The position numbers and the translations under genes are program-made. A stretch of 64,000 nucleotides of DNA from Schizochytrium sp. TIO01 (Eukaryota; Protista; Bigyra: Labyrinthulomycetes): positions 1 through 64,000 of the forward strand of contig SMSO01000034.1 in NCBI GenBank assembly GCA_004764695.1. The letters run 5' to 3'. Shown piece after piece: positions 50,673 through 61,757 of the stretch; position 1 is the first letter of the stretch, and each line of letters begins with the position of its first letter. A model generated the notes under the pieces. That model was not told where the DNA came from and did not search any database. It was given only the letters and a program-made list of their open reading frames with translations.

Positions 50673-52355
50673 TTACATCCGTTTCGTGAGAAGGTAAAAA
50701 GTCACTGGTAACATAATCAAAGATGCAATATGCATTGCAGAAATACTGTCAGACCAAGACGCAAGCTTGGTTGTGACAACTGGTTCATCAGCGACAATAG
50801 GCGCAATCCTACTCTGTTCAGCTTGCTCAGCAAGCTCTTTCGTATAGGATTTAACAACATTAAGAAGCGTTGTTTGAATCCATAAAAGCCGAATACGAGG
50901 TTGACCAATCAGCCTCATCCTCTTTCCATCCTTATCTTGCATATAATGTTCAGGTTTGTGCAGCTCCCTCAAGGAATTTTCAAGTTTGCTAAAGAAAACA
51001 AACTTTTCTTTCTTGGTTTCGTCTGCCCACGCCTCTAGAAAGTCAATGTAACGTGACACGTTTCTCTCAAGCCCAGTCTGCTCAACCATGGCCTCGCCCA
51101 TGCCGCGCTGATCAAACTTGTATAGCTGCAGCAGACCGGGATTAAGAAAACCTGCATTCTTAATGCCAGGAGGGTGCAATTTCTCGCCTGAGAATGCCCA
51201 TTCAAGCGAGCGAATTTCTTCCTGGAAATAAAGCTGCGCCGGCTGCTGTCTCAGAACATGTAGCCAGCCGAATAACTCTGCAAAAAGAAACAGTGTACTT
51301 TGCATCATGTATTTTTCTTTTGCATTGTCATCTTGAAAGCGGTAGATCATACCATGATCAGCAATCTGGCAGATACGACGACTCAGTTCAAAAGCAGAGA
51401 GACCCAGACGATAGTAGATGTGTTGGATTTCGTCAATTTGATTGCGTGGAAAGAAATGTACAGACGAGTATATCGGGTTGGTTTCGCCTCGACACATGCT
51501 TACGAAGGTATGGATAGTACCGCGTAGGTCCAGCCTGTTCTGATTTGTTGGCGAGCGTCCCTCGAGAGAGCCGCTCAAGAAACTAATGTTAAATTTGAGA
51601 ATATCACGAAGCGAGCAATCTCGCTCTGCATCCCAACACAGAATTGATGGAGGCACCATGAGAGGCAATGAGTCAAATTGGTCCGCCATTCTTTCTCCCA
51701 TCTCCATAGTACCTAAACCAGCGAGGAGGACAATTTCGAATTTATTTTTCTTCCGTTTAAACTCAGACAAGATCTCCTGTGCAAGTTCCGACGCTCTTAA
51801 TGCATATGGAGCATTATTTGGGAAATTGTAGCGTTGATCCTTATCTAGCCTGCCATCGTTAACCAGAATCAAAATTGGGGCATCGGATCTGCGAAAGGTT
51901 TCTCCAAAGGAGAGCCATAGTGCGTTATCCACCGGTGTTAGCTCAGTTGAACTATTCTTGTTGTCGTACTCCTGTGTATGTTCTGCCAGCTTCCGCAGTT
52001 CTTCGGCTGAAGGAGGCCAAGTTTCAACTGAGCAAATCTCGCTAAGTTCTTTGGTGTGCCTATCAAAGTCTTCCTGAACTTTTCTTTGATAATGAGGGCC
52101 TCTTCGTCGTGGGTCTCGGCAGGTCCCACTCAGATACATAACTAAGGCTTTCCAGCTACGTTTTCCTTTGTTGTTGTTTTCCTTACCTGTCCCCTGGAGT
52201 TGCCGGCTTTGGGTGCGCATGCTTGATGAGGACTTTTGCCTTTCGTAACGAAGCGGTGTCCTTCGCTCAGAGCTAGCACTCAGGATCTTATTCCGTTTGT
52301 TTCTGCTACCGCTGATCCTGACGCTACTGTCTATATTGCTGCCATGGAGGTTCAT
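50673..52355 (-). CDS. Hypothetical protein (~560 aa) with a hydrophobic C-terminal anchor
   Basis: Long open frame; first ATG at 52355; tail IASLIMLPVTFYLLTKRM. Confidence 0.8.
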   Translation of the reverse strand: MNLHGSNIDSSVRISGSRNKRNKILSASSERRTPLRYERQKSSSSMRTQSRQLQGTGKENNNKGKRSWKALVMYLSGTCRDPRRRGPHYQRKVQEDFDRHTKELSEICSVETWPPSAEELRKLAEHTQEYDNKNSSTELTPVDNALWLSFGETFRRSDAPILILVNDGRLDKDQRYNFPNNAPYALRASELAQEILSEFKRKKNKFEIVLLAGLGTMEMGERMADQFDSLPLMVPPSILCWDAERDCSLRDILKFNISFLSGSLEGRSPTNQNRLDLRGTIHTFVSMCRGETNPIYSSVHFFPRNQIDEIQHIYYRLGLSAFELSRRICQIADHGMIYRFQDDNAKEKYMMQSTLFLFAELFGWLHVLRQQPAQLYFQEEIRSLEWAFSGEKLHPPGIKNAGFLNPGLLQLYKFDQRGMGEAMVEQTGLERNVSRYIDFLEAWADETKKEKFVFFSKLENSLRELHKPEHYMQDKDGKRMRLIGQPRIRLLWIQTTLLNVVKSYTKELAEQAEQSRIAPIVADEPVVTTKLASWSDSISAMHIASLIMLPVTFYLLTKRM

Positions 52356-53432
52356 GGCCGCTCTCAGGAGAGCTGTGCTCAAACTAGGCCTATTCCTTTA
52401 CTCCCTTACTTCAACCAAAACCCAAAGCACCGTCCGCAGCACCAAACCTGGAGGTTCGCCTTGTAATGTTCTGGTTTCGCCGCAGGGATCCTCTGCTCAC
52501 TAACTGCACACGCTGCGCTTTCTTGTGAAGGTGAACCCTTTCTCTGCACGTCCTCGTTGCAGATCTACACAATCTGGTTAGTAGGTATGACTAGGTACCT
52601 ACCTACCTTACCGAGTAGTAGTAAGAAAAAGTAAAAAAACTTGTAAAAACATGTTTATAAATCCTATCATGGCGATCAACTTGAAGGCAGAATGAAAGAA
52701 CAAAAGGGTTCCTCTCCACCTTGGTATGTTATAAACGTTCTTTCTCACTCACAGATTAGTAGTTTCAATCTCGAAGGAGGCGAGGTTTTTACTCGTTTCG
52801 AAATTTTTCGTCAACAAGAATCGTATCGCCGTCATGACTTGTAAATTCTAATTTATGGGACGTCAATTACCAGGCTTGTTATCACTTTCTTCTACCTAAA
52901 ATAGTACACAATCAGATTTGTAGAACCTCCCAGCACTCCTAATTCCTATCCTAAGCTCTGTTGAAAGGGAAGATTTGACTCGAAGAAAGGCAATAGCGAC
53001 ACAATTTAATCATTATGGTTCTGCAAAGTACCTTTGACTCCACTCTTGTTAATTTGACTTTGTCTTTTTGCCTTTAGCTTTTTCGTTTTTTGATTTTTTG
53101 TTGCCTTTTTTACCTCTAGAAATTGCAACTAAACAAACAGCTAGACCCCTACTTTCGAAATTATATAATGCCCACTCCAATCCACAATTTCAATTCCAAA
53201 GACCTGCGAGAATAGAACAGGAACAAAAAAGATCGCATCCTATCATTGCAAGGACTAACTCGGTATTTGCATACCTCACCGCAGCTTTCACTCTCGCTAG
53301 TAGGTACCTTAGTAGTCTACATACCCCTTCGACTAGCTACCTGAAAACCTATTACCCAGTACATAGGTAAACAGTAAGACTTATAGACTCTGTACTAATC
53401 CTCCTGCTTGAATTGAATTATGAAAAGATGCT

Positions 53433-53491
<59 letters not shown>
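53433..53491. repeat. (GATA)n microsatellite
   Basis: Seen directly. Confidence 0.95.
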
Positions 53492-53703
53492 CATGATACA
53501 TGGATAGTCACGGTATTCTCTAATCAGGTGTTAGTCCTAAGACCTACTATTTGGATATTAAGAAGAAGGAGAAGAAGAAGAAGAGAAGAAGAAGAAGAAG
53601 AGCAAAGCTTTCGGCAGGCAGTCGACCAAAAAGCAAGTCGCCAAAGCTGCAAACCTATATCTCTCCACGAAGGCGTAGCAGTGGAAGCAGACAGAGCTAC
53701 AAG

Positions 53704-55017
53704 ATGTCGGACGATGAGGACCGCCGCCGCGCCTCTGGCGATGAGGAGGGCGACGAGCGTCTCTCGCAGAACGGCGCCAGCAACGACGCTGACAAGGATG
53801 GCGATGCTGAAGGCAACGACGACGGCAACAACGGCGAAAGCGACGCAAAGGTCGAGCTGAGCCCCGAGGTGGAGGCTAAGCTGCAGGAGCTCCGTGAAAA
53901 GAAGATTCTTGCCGAGGACCTTGAGGCGGATGCCCTCGCAGACCTCTCGAAGATCCCTGCCGACGGCCAGCTTGTGACGCTAAGCAAGTTTGAGCAGGCA
54001 GTGGATGAGGGCCAGACCATTCGCAATGTGAGTGGGTTTTTGCGTGGTATCGTGAGGCGGTACCAGGAATCTGAAAAGATGAAGAACGCGTTCCAGGAGC
54101 TTCCGCAGGACGTGCAGGACCTCCTCGAGACTGTCTTCGCACGCGGTGGACTCACACGTGAAGCGCTCCAGGAAAGATCTCTCGCGCTTCTGCTCGCCAT
54201 GGACGAGGAGGACATGAAGCGTTGTATCGATAAGTACCTGGATACGCCTGAGGCCGACATCAAGAAAGCCGAGCCTTTCATGCACGGCATTGTGCGCCGC
54301 GCAAAGGGTCGCCGCGGAGGCCGCGGAAATGGTGGAAACGGCGGAAATGGCGGAAATGGATCCAACAACCGTGGAAATGCGGAGCTCGATCCTGCTGTGG
54401 AGGACGCTCTTGAGGCACTTGTGCGCGAGAATGTTGTCCGGGAGGGGGACATCGACCAACGCAGTAAGGATGACCTCGCAAATCTCGGCCGAGATGCATC
54501 GCTGGAGATCATTGAGAACCTCAAAAGGTCCGATGTCAGCAAGATTCGCAACATGGGCGCATTCTTTAACGGCATTATTCGCCGTTTCAAGGGAGACCGC
54601 CGCGGAGGTGGCGGAGGCCGTGGTGGCGGAGGACGCCGGGAGTATGGCCGTGGACGCGACCGCTATGACGAACGTGAGCGTGGAGGATACCGCGATGACC
54701 GTGGCTATGACCGCTATGACCGCCGCGGAGGATATGAACGCGGTGGATATGACCGTGGCTATGATCGCCGCTACGATGACCGTGGTGGATATGACCGCGG
54801 CTATGACCGATATGATGATCGTTACGACGACCGCCGCTACGATGATCGTGGTGGATATGACCGTGGTTACGATGATCGCGCTGGTAGCAGCTATCGTGAT
54901 GACCGCGGATACGACAACCGCGATGCCCGCGATGCCCGCGATGCCCGTGATGCCCGCGAGCCCCGTGAAAACCGTGAAACCCGTGAAACTCGCGAGCCCC
55001 GTGGCGACCGCAACTAA
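53704..55017 (+). CDS. Putative RNA-binding protein: three hnRNP-Q acidic (NURR)-like domains plus an RGG/RYDD low-complexity tail (~437 aa)
   Basis: Three repeats ending IRNVSGFLRGIVRR, IKKAEPFMHGIVRR and IRNMGAFFNGIIRR, resembling hnRNP Q/R VQNKSAFLCGVMK; strong GC3 codon bias; ATG at 53704. Confidence 0.8.
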   Translation: MSDDEDRRRASGDEEGDERLSQNGASNDADKDGDAEGNDDGNNGESDAKVELSPEVEAKLQELREKKILAEDLEADALADLSKIPADGQLVTLSKFEQAVDEGQTIRNVSGFLRGIVRRYQESEKMKNAFQELPQDVQDLLETVFARGGLTREALQERSLALLLAMDEEDMKRCIDKYLDTPEADIKKAEPFMHGIVRRAKGRRGGRGNGGNGGNGGNGSNNRGNAELDPAVEDALEALVRENVVREGDIDQRSKDDLANLGRDASLEIIENLKRSDVSKIRNMGAFFNGIIRRFKGDRRGGGGGRGGGGRREYGRGRDRYDERERGGYRDDRGYDRYDRRGGYERGGYDRGYDRRYDDRGGYDRGYDRYDDRYDDRRYDDRGGYDRGYDDRAGSSYRDDRGYDNRDARDARDARDAREPRENRETRETREPRGDRN

Positions 55018-57560
55018 GAAAACATGACTTGCGTGGCTCCTGTTTTTGTTGAATTGCTCAAACCTAAATTCTACAGAGATTCCGTTTGTAGGCTGCGAAG
55101 AAAGACCCGACCCTCTTGCTCACTGTTAGAGACTTCTAATCTTTCCTCTCCACTCTACATTGTTCTGCCATGCCATGCTCTGCTCTGTAATGCCCTGCTC
55201 TGTAATGCTTGTTGGTCGAAATATTCACAAATTCACAACCTGGAAAATCCTTCATCTCTCACATTTTGAGTATTCACACTCATGCTGGCAACCATTTAAC
55301 GAGAATTTACTTTCTAGCTAGCAAATGAATTGGGATGAGGCTGCTAGTGTAAGAAGTCTGACAACACTCGAAAGGGATGCTACCTTTTAAACGTAACGTT
55401 CGGCGCTCATTTATTCTCTCGCTGCGTGTCTTTCTCGTCTCTTTATCTTTCTCTCTCTCTCTCTTTCTCTCCTTTGATTATGTAGTGCTTTTTCATTCTA
55501 CTACATATGAGGGATGCAGATGAAAGATAAATTCTTAGGAACGCAAGTTTTCCATTTGCTCTGCACCAAGTACAAACAATAATATATCATGAAAGGAACC
55601 CACCCTCCTCAAAAATCTATACCTGCTCCATAATTTCCCATACATACATTCATGCATTCCTTCTCACCTCATTACCAGTACTGCAACATACTGACGACAA
55701 CAACTATCAAACAAACAAAACTACAACCACCTCCACGATTCTAACTTACACCAAGCTTCCTTCATACCACACTACGACAAAGCACCCCCTCCCCTCTTCC
55801 TTTTCCTCCCACTTTATTCTCCCCTTTCTCCTCTTCTTCTCCTCCCTCCCAATTCTACCTTTCCACTTCATGTATTTCCCCTCCTTCTCAATATGGTGGT
55901 TTGCCTGCGCTCTTTGCTCTTCTGAATTTGGGCTCTACTGTGCGTCTCAAGATAAAATCAACGTCATTGAACACGTGCACGCCTTGCTTCCATCACCTAC
56001 TTGCCCGCTTCTTCTTCCTTTGTTCGAATCCTCGTCTGCGGGTATCGCGAGCCCACGCATACACGCGCATCTTCCTTCTGTCCCCACTTCTCCTTCTTTT
56101 CTATTAAACTCAATAGCTTTGTACCTGCCACCACATCTGTTTGACCAGAACATCTCTAATGCATTTCACCACGCGATACTTTATTCCACTATCAAAGACT
56201 CCTCAAAATACTGAATCTCTCGCTCAGATTTTGGTGGAGCGCGTTGCAATGTAATTAAGATTGTTTTAAATTTGGCTTACTGCATGCCAGCCCTAGTCTA
56301 CAACTTTTCTGAGGTCTGTATGGGGTCACTGCTTTACCCAAATGAACTACCTAAATGAACTCTATTATGTGAAATATTGGGTCGCGCTACCTAATCTGTG
56401 CTGTGAATATTAAAATACTTAGGTTATGCAACACATTTTCTATTGATCTTTTTGCTTTCCAAATGTATCATTCTGCTTTTACCAAATCTCATTTTCTACA
56501 ATATCAACAGCAGCATCTGCCATTTGACAGTTGACCATTATAAACGGAGACTGTTGAGAGTGTGTGAAAAGCATACTTCCAAACCTTCAAGGACTACTAT
56601 AAAATATTTAAAATAGCCATCAATCCAAGAAGCGGATGTAAAAAACAATAACAATACATTTATCAGGTGTAGTATATACTCCAGGGCAACTGACACCGAC
56701 TTCACGAGTATGACATTTAAGGAAATGTGAAATATGGATGTACTACCCATTCACCAATCAGGGTAACTAGCTAGAGTAATTAAATCTTTCCATTTATCTT
56801 TGGCACTTAAATCGGGGACACAACTCTGGGCATGATTCTTCAAGAACCTTTTTCATATCACCAACCAAGCAGCTTTTTCATCTCAGAACTTCAAGTGATA
56901 GGCACGTATCCGCAAACCTAGCTAGTCTGGCTCCTCATTGAAGAAAAAACTAAATAAACAAGCTGCAAGGGAAAATTGCGAAATAATATGCAGCTATTGT
57001 GACTAAAAGCAAGCGGACAAGAAAAGTAAGAAAATGTGTTTAGGTGAGATTCTGTTTCTGTTTTTTTGTTGCTATTGTTATTGTTGTTGCATTTTTTTTG
57101 AGGGGATATAATTGATGTCTGCCATGTTTTGAGTAGGAGTGTATGCATGCGTTGAAAGTAATGTTGGTTATCATTTGGTATTTGAGCGATAGGACTGGCC
57201 TTCAGCTGTTGATCAACTCACTTTTCGTTATCTCCCTACCATGTATGATGTTGCCATGAATTGTTGCTACTGCCAGCTCTGACATCATCGGAACTTTCTT
57301 CATGAAAGAAAGTTGAAAATGAAATTGGAAGAGAACGAAGCTGCGAGCACCAGCCAGTTCCTGTGTTTCATGTTACGCAGCTACATGCTAGTTTATTTGT
57401 TGTTCTTAGACAAGCTCAAACAAAAGCAGGAGCATGCGTGCAAATCATCTAGCTGCCACTATATTGCGTATCGTAAAAAAGATACAGTTGGTTGATACCC
57501 AGGAAGAAAAGGGACTGCTGTTTAATGCGTAGAAAAGAGAGAAACGACGAGGAGACCACT

Positions 57561-58388
57561 TTAAGCATGGCGGGGCTTCTTAGAGTGCACAGATTCAGCA
57601 CCGGGGTGAGTTCCGCGCTTGTTAGCCTTGGAGACGTCGCCGACCAAACCAATTTGCTCTTCTATTGCTGCCAATCTGTTAAAGACGCCAATCATGGATT
57701 GCTGCACAATTTCCTCAATCCTGCCGTTCAAGCTGTGCATTAACGCGTTGTTCGCACTCTTCGTTACAGACTTTGTTGCCACCTGTGCAGCCACCTCTGC
57801 GGCAGTCTCTGCAGCAACCTTACTGATGTTGTTTTGCATGTCAATGACGAGTTTGTTCAAGGTAGCACCAGTGACATTCTCGTTATCTGAAAATGTTGAT
57901 AGGTGCACACGGGGCATCGACGAGGGAGTGATTGAGGAGGATGAAAGATCACGACCAGCAGATTGCATTGGGTTTCTATCCGACGCACCCATACTGCTGC
58001 GAACCTTGTTGCGCTCCCCCCCAGATGACAGGCTGTTGCGCATGACTGGGAGTTGACCATTGTTCTTGGTGGCCTCTTTAACACAGCGATGCAAAGCTGA
58101 CAGTGTCACATCACCTGCAGCCTTACAAGCCTCACGATAGCTGAGACGGCGACCCACGTATTCACCCTGGCCCAACACAGCGTCAATAGCGATTTGCATG
58201 CGCTTGTGGTGCTCCGGATCGGATCGTCGACGGTGCGGGCGCCGTGGGCGTTTATCCTTGTCAGAGCGCCCCACGTGCATTCCATGTCCAACATCCCCTT
58301 CAGAGCCTGTGACGGACATTGGCGCCATGGGCGGCTCAGGCACATCGAGGTTATTCCCCTGCGAGTTTAGATCCATAGAGTTCTGCAT
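57561..58388 (-). CDS. Putative DNA-binding protein with a psq/CENP-B-like HTH (~275 aa)
   Basis: Basic RPRRPHRRRS followed by MQIAIDAV...LSYREACKAAGDVTLSALHRCVK; C-terminal helical region and KKPR. Confidence 0.7.
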   Translation of the reverse strand: MQNSMDLNSQGNNLDVPEPPMAPMSVTGSEGDVGHGMHVGRSDKDKRPRRPHRRRSDPEHHKRMQIAIDAVLGQGEYVGRRLSYREACKAAGDVTLSALHRCVKEATKNNGQLPVMRNSLSSGGERNKVRSSMGASDRNPMQSAGRDLSSSSITPSSMPRVHLSTFSDNENVTGATLNKLVIDMQNNISKVAAETAAEVAAQVATKSVTKSANNALMHSLNGRIEEIVQQSMIGVFNRLAAIEEQIGLVGDVSKANKRGTHPGAESVHSKKPRHA

Positions 58389-61300
58389 CTTTGCCAACCT
58401 TTTTTTCCCCCCGCAAAGTTGTTCGAGTATCAATGTTGTGGTTAGTTGTTGTTTATTGTCAGTTGGTTCCCGCTGCAAGAGTAGCTGCGTAAACTGGTGG
58501 CGATATCACAGCGCTCACTATTGAAACGTAGCAAAGTTCTTGACAGGCGGGCTACCTCAGTGCTTACTTCACAAACAGTCCACGACTGTTCACAGGACTC
58601 ACTCACTTGATTTTGGTTTTCTGCACACGCCCAAGTTCGCAGTATCCACTACTTTTTGTTGTTGCCCGCGTCGATACAAATCAACACCGACAATGCCGCA
58701 CTTCTCCAAAAGGGTGCCCTTGCAGATACAGACAGGAGCGCAATCAAGAGAGACAGAGAGAGAGACAGAGAGAGAAGGAAAGAAACCACTTGCTCGCTTG
58801 CTTGCTTGTTTCGCTCGCTTCACTGAGGCTCGCAGAACCAACCCTTCACCTGGATCCCCAGCGCTCCCCCCAATCCAGAGGCACGAGCGATGGCGTGGGT
58901 CCGTGCGCGAGTGTCTCGCCGCAACTTAAAGAATGCGGATTTGGTCGAGCACAGGTGAAAGAAATCCAACCTTCGCTTGGGAATCGAAGGAGCCAAAAAG
59001 GCCAAAAACAAACCAAATCAATCAACAAAAGACAGAGAAAGAGAGGAAGAAAGAAAGAAAGAAAACAGAAAACAGAAAAAAGAAAAAAGAAAAAAGAAAG
59101 AAAGGGCAAAAGCAGAAGAATAAGAAGAAGCAGAAGACGAAGACGAACGACCAGCAGCCCTCGCTCGCTTCTCCCTCTCGCCGCAGCGCTCTCGCTGCAG
59201 GTCCTCTCCCCAAACCGCGCAGAGCCGTCCTCCCCTAGGGCTTCTCCGCCTGTGTCTGCGTGCACTCTCGAGCGGAAGGAGGCGGCGGCAGAAGGCCAAG
59301 CAGGCAAAAGCAGGCAGGCGAAGCAGGTCTGCTCGAAAGGTTTTTTCCCTCCGTGGTTTTCCCGAATATACCCGACAACAACCTAGTTTTCCCGAGCACA
59401 GTCTCCGCGGCCTGCGTTCAGGCCTGCTCCCGTGGGCCTGAGGCCGCTGCGCAGACCCTTGGGGCGGCCTGCGGATGTCTCCTGGCCCCTTAACTGCTGC
59501 TCTGGGACAGCCTCGCCGTAGCTCCGTGCCCTCAGACCGCGCAGCCGTTCGTTCTCTTTCTCGGAGACGCCGCAAAACTGCTACGACTCCATAGACGACC
59601 GCTACCACCGAAGTGAACGCCTCGGGGAAACATCGACTCCTAAAGATACCGCTAGCCTTCCATAGGCGCCCTCTTCCTCTTAGAAGATCTGCGTATATCG
59701 ATGGATCGATTGATTATCTTTCCCATCAGTAGCACTACCTACCATATTCGCTAGGCCTCATCGCTCCTATCTGTTTCTTTATTCCTCGTTAGGTGCGCAC
59801 TAGCACTGTGCTAGTGCTGCCTAGCTACTCCTACTGCCTCTTCGTTAGCTCATCGCTTTAGGACTCCGATAGGCAGGAGCCTATCTAGGCGCTTAAGCTC
59901 TACTACTAGAGGGCACTGATAGCCGGGTACTATGTAGTTAATGTCGGAGTGCTGACATGATTGAGGGAAACACTTGTTCTTCCGCTGTTGATTGATCCAT
60001 TGCTTCGTTCGTTCATCCGTCAGTAGGTGCTGCATATGGATATCAGTGGTAGAAGGCAGGCAGTCCTTCAGGTTGAATGTATCTTGGCTTTGTTTTGCTT
60101 TTTCCCGCGACTAAAGCTGTACCTAGAGGCTAGGACGCGCATAGATGGCTCTACCAGTGTGATCGTTTCTATTGGCAGTGCTGTTGTTAAGATGAAGAAC
60201 TAGGCCTACTCACCCTTTTATTACTATGCACCTTCGAGTAGTAGCGAGGAAGAGGATTCCTATGTAGTAGATATGCAGGTAGGTAGGTACTAATAATGGT
60301 CGTAAAATGCGCCGACGATGCATAATTAAGATACCTACCTGACTAACTATCTATTACCATGGCAGAGGCTATCAAGCGATCAAAATATCCACTAATGTAG
60401 GGATAGCAGTAGCTAGTACCAGTGAGTTCGACCTTCTTTGAGCATGATAAGTCTCACGAGTCAGAGAGGAGGTTGGCAAAGCTTCGGCTTGGACGCAATG
60501 GCAAATCTTTCATGGAGCCTGATTAAGTGCGAAGATTCTTCGGTAGCATCGGGTATACCTGGATTCCATTGTCGTGAGTGAACATCTCCTTTTCAGGTTA
60601 CCACTCAAACGTCTTCCCGGGTGGTGGAAGTAGTCACTATTAAAATTATCCATCGTACAATAAACGAAAATCCCGTGGGTGACCTTATACATTCAAAGTT
60701 GACTTTTTAAAGTTATGTCAGTTACGAACTGAACCGTCCAATTCTGTTGTCGCGGCGAAGAGTGAAAGTGTGTATGAGCTGCAAGAGATAGGAAATACAT
60801 ATATTTAGATGTAAATAATCAAACAAACTGGAAAACATGTCTACGACTGCAATAGAAAGTGGAATACTGTTGGTGACTTTTGTATTTTAAGATCTTGCAA
60901 TTATAAGTTCTGTTTGTTTCAATGTGCAAACTCCTTGAGACCAATGAACACTAGCAGTGTCGCTCTTGTAATGACTAGACTGTAGATTATGGCTCCGAGT
61001 CCTCCACCATCGGAGTGAAGTTGTGCGGGTGATCATTTTAAGGTTAAACAATAGGGAGAAGTTCTTTTGATATCATTTACATATTCGTCTACCATGCTGA
61101 AGGATCATTCTGATCAGCTAGTGGTAGACTATCAAAAGATCAAGGCAAGGGGCTCAATTAGGCTTTGTAAATTTTGATTTAAAGAGTTAGCGATCTACTG
61201 TGCTTGGAATCCAAGCCCAAGGCAAACTGAGTCATGTTGTAATTAGGATGCTAAGACACACCTGATTTGTGCCATACATAATTCTGACGAGGTTAGGTTA

Positions 61301-61757
61301 ACTCACCTTTTCAATGTTCAATTCAAAATCCACCATACTTGACTCTGGGGAGTGTCCACGTACACTTTGATTTTGATGTGTGGTTTCTCAAACACGCAAG
61401 TCTGGTTGTCTACTCTTTGTAGGCTCTCAATCCTTAAGATCTTATAGCAAAGCGCGGCATTACCTTCTGCATTAGTTCCTTCGATAAGTAATTGCATACA
61501 CCTCTATGATTTATAAATCACCGCATTCTCACAAGGCAAGCAATGGCTTATTTTGTTAATTTTTTAACAAAAATATTTTTTTTAATTTAGTTTAAGAAAG
61601 AAAGGTGAATGAGTTACATTCTTCATCTTTATTGTCAAAACTTTTGAAAGGGGTATGTTTATGTAAATTGAAGAGAAAGTTGGATGAAACAATGCAATCA
61701 ATACGTTGCTAAAGTACGAAGAGCGAGAGACTTTTTCTTTGATAAGGATTATTCAAA

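Noticed and set aside
53528-55027. Long overlapping and antisense ORFs (297 aa, 245 aa)
   Set aside because: Shadows of a GC3-rich, repetitive real CDS
58540-59608. 130-259 aa ORFs upstream of the HTH gene
   Set aside because: Low-complexity purine and GC-rich leader or promoter sequence with no domain signal
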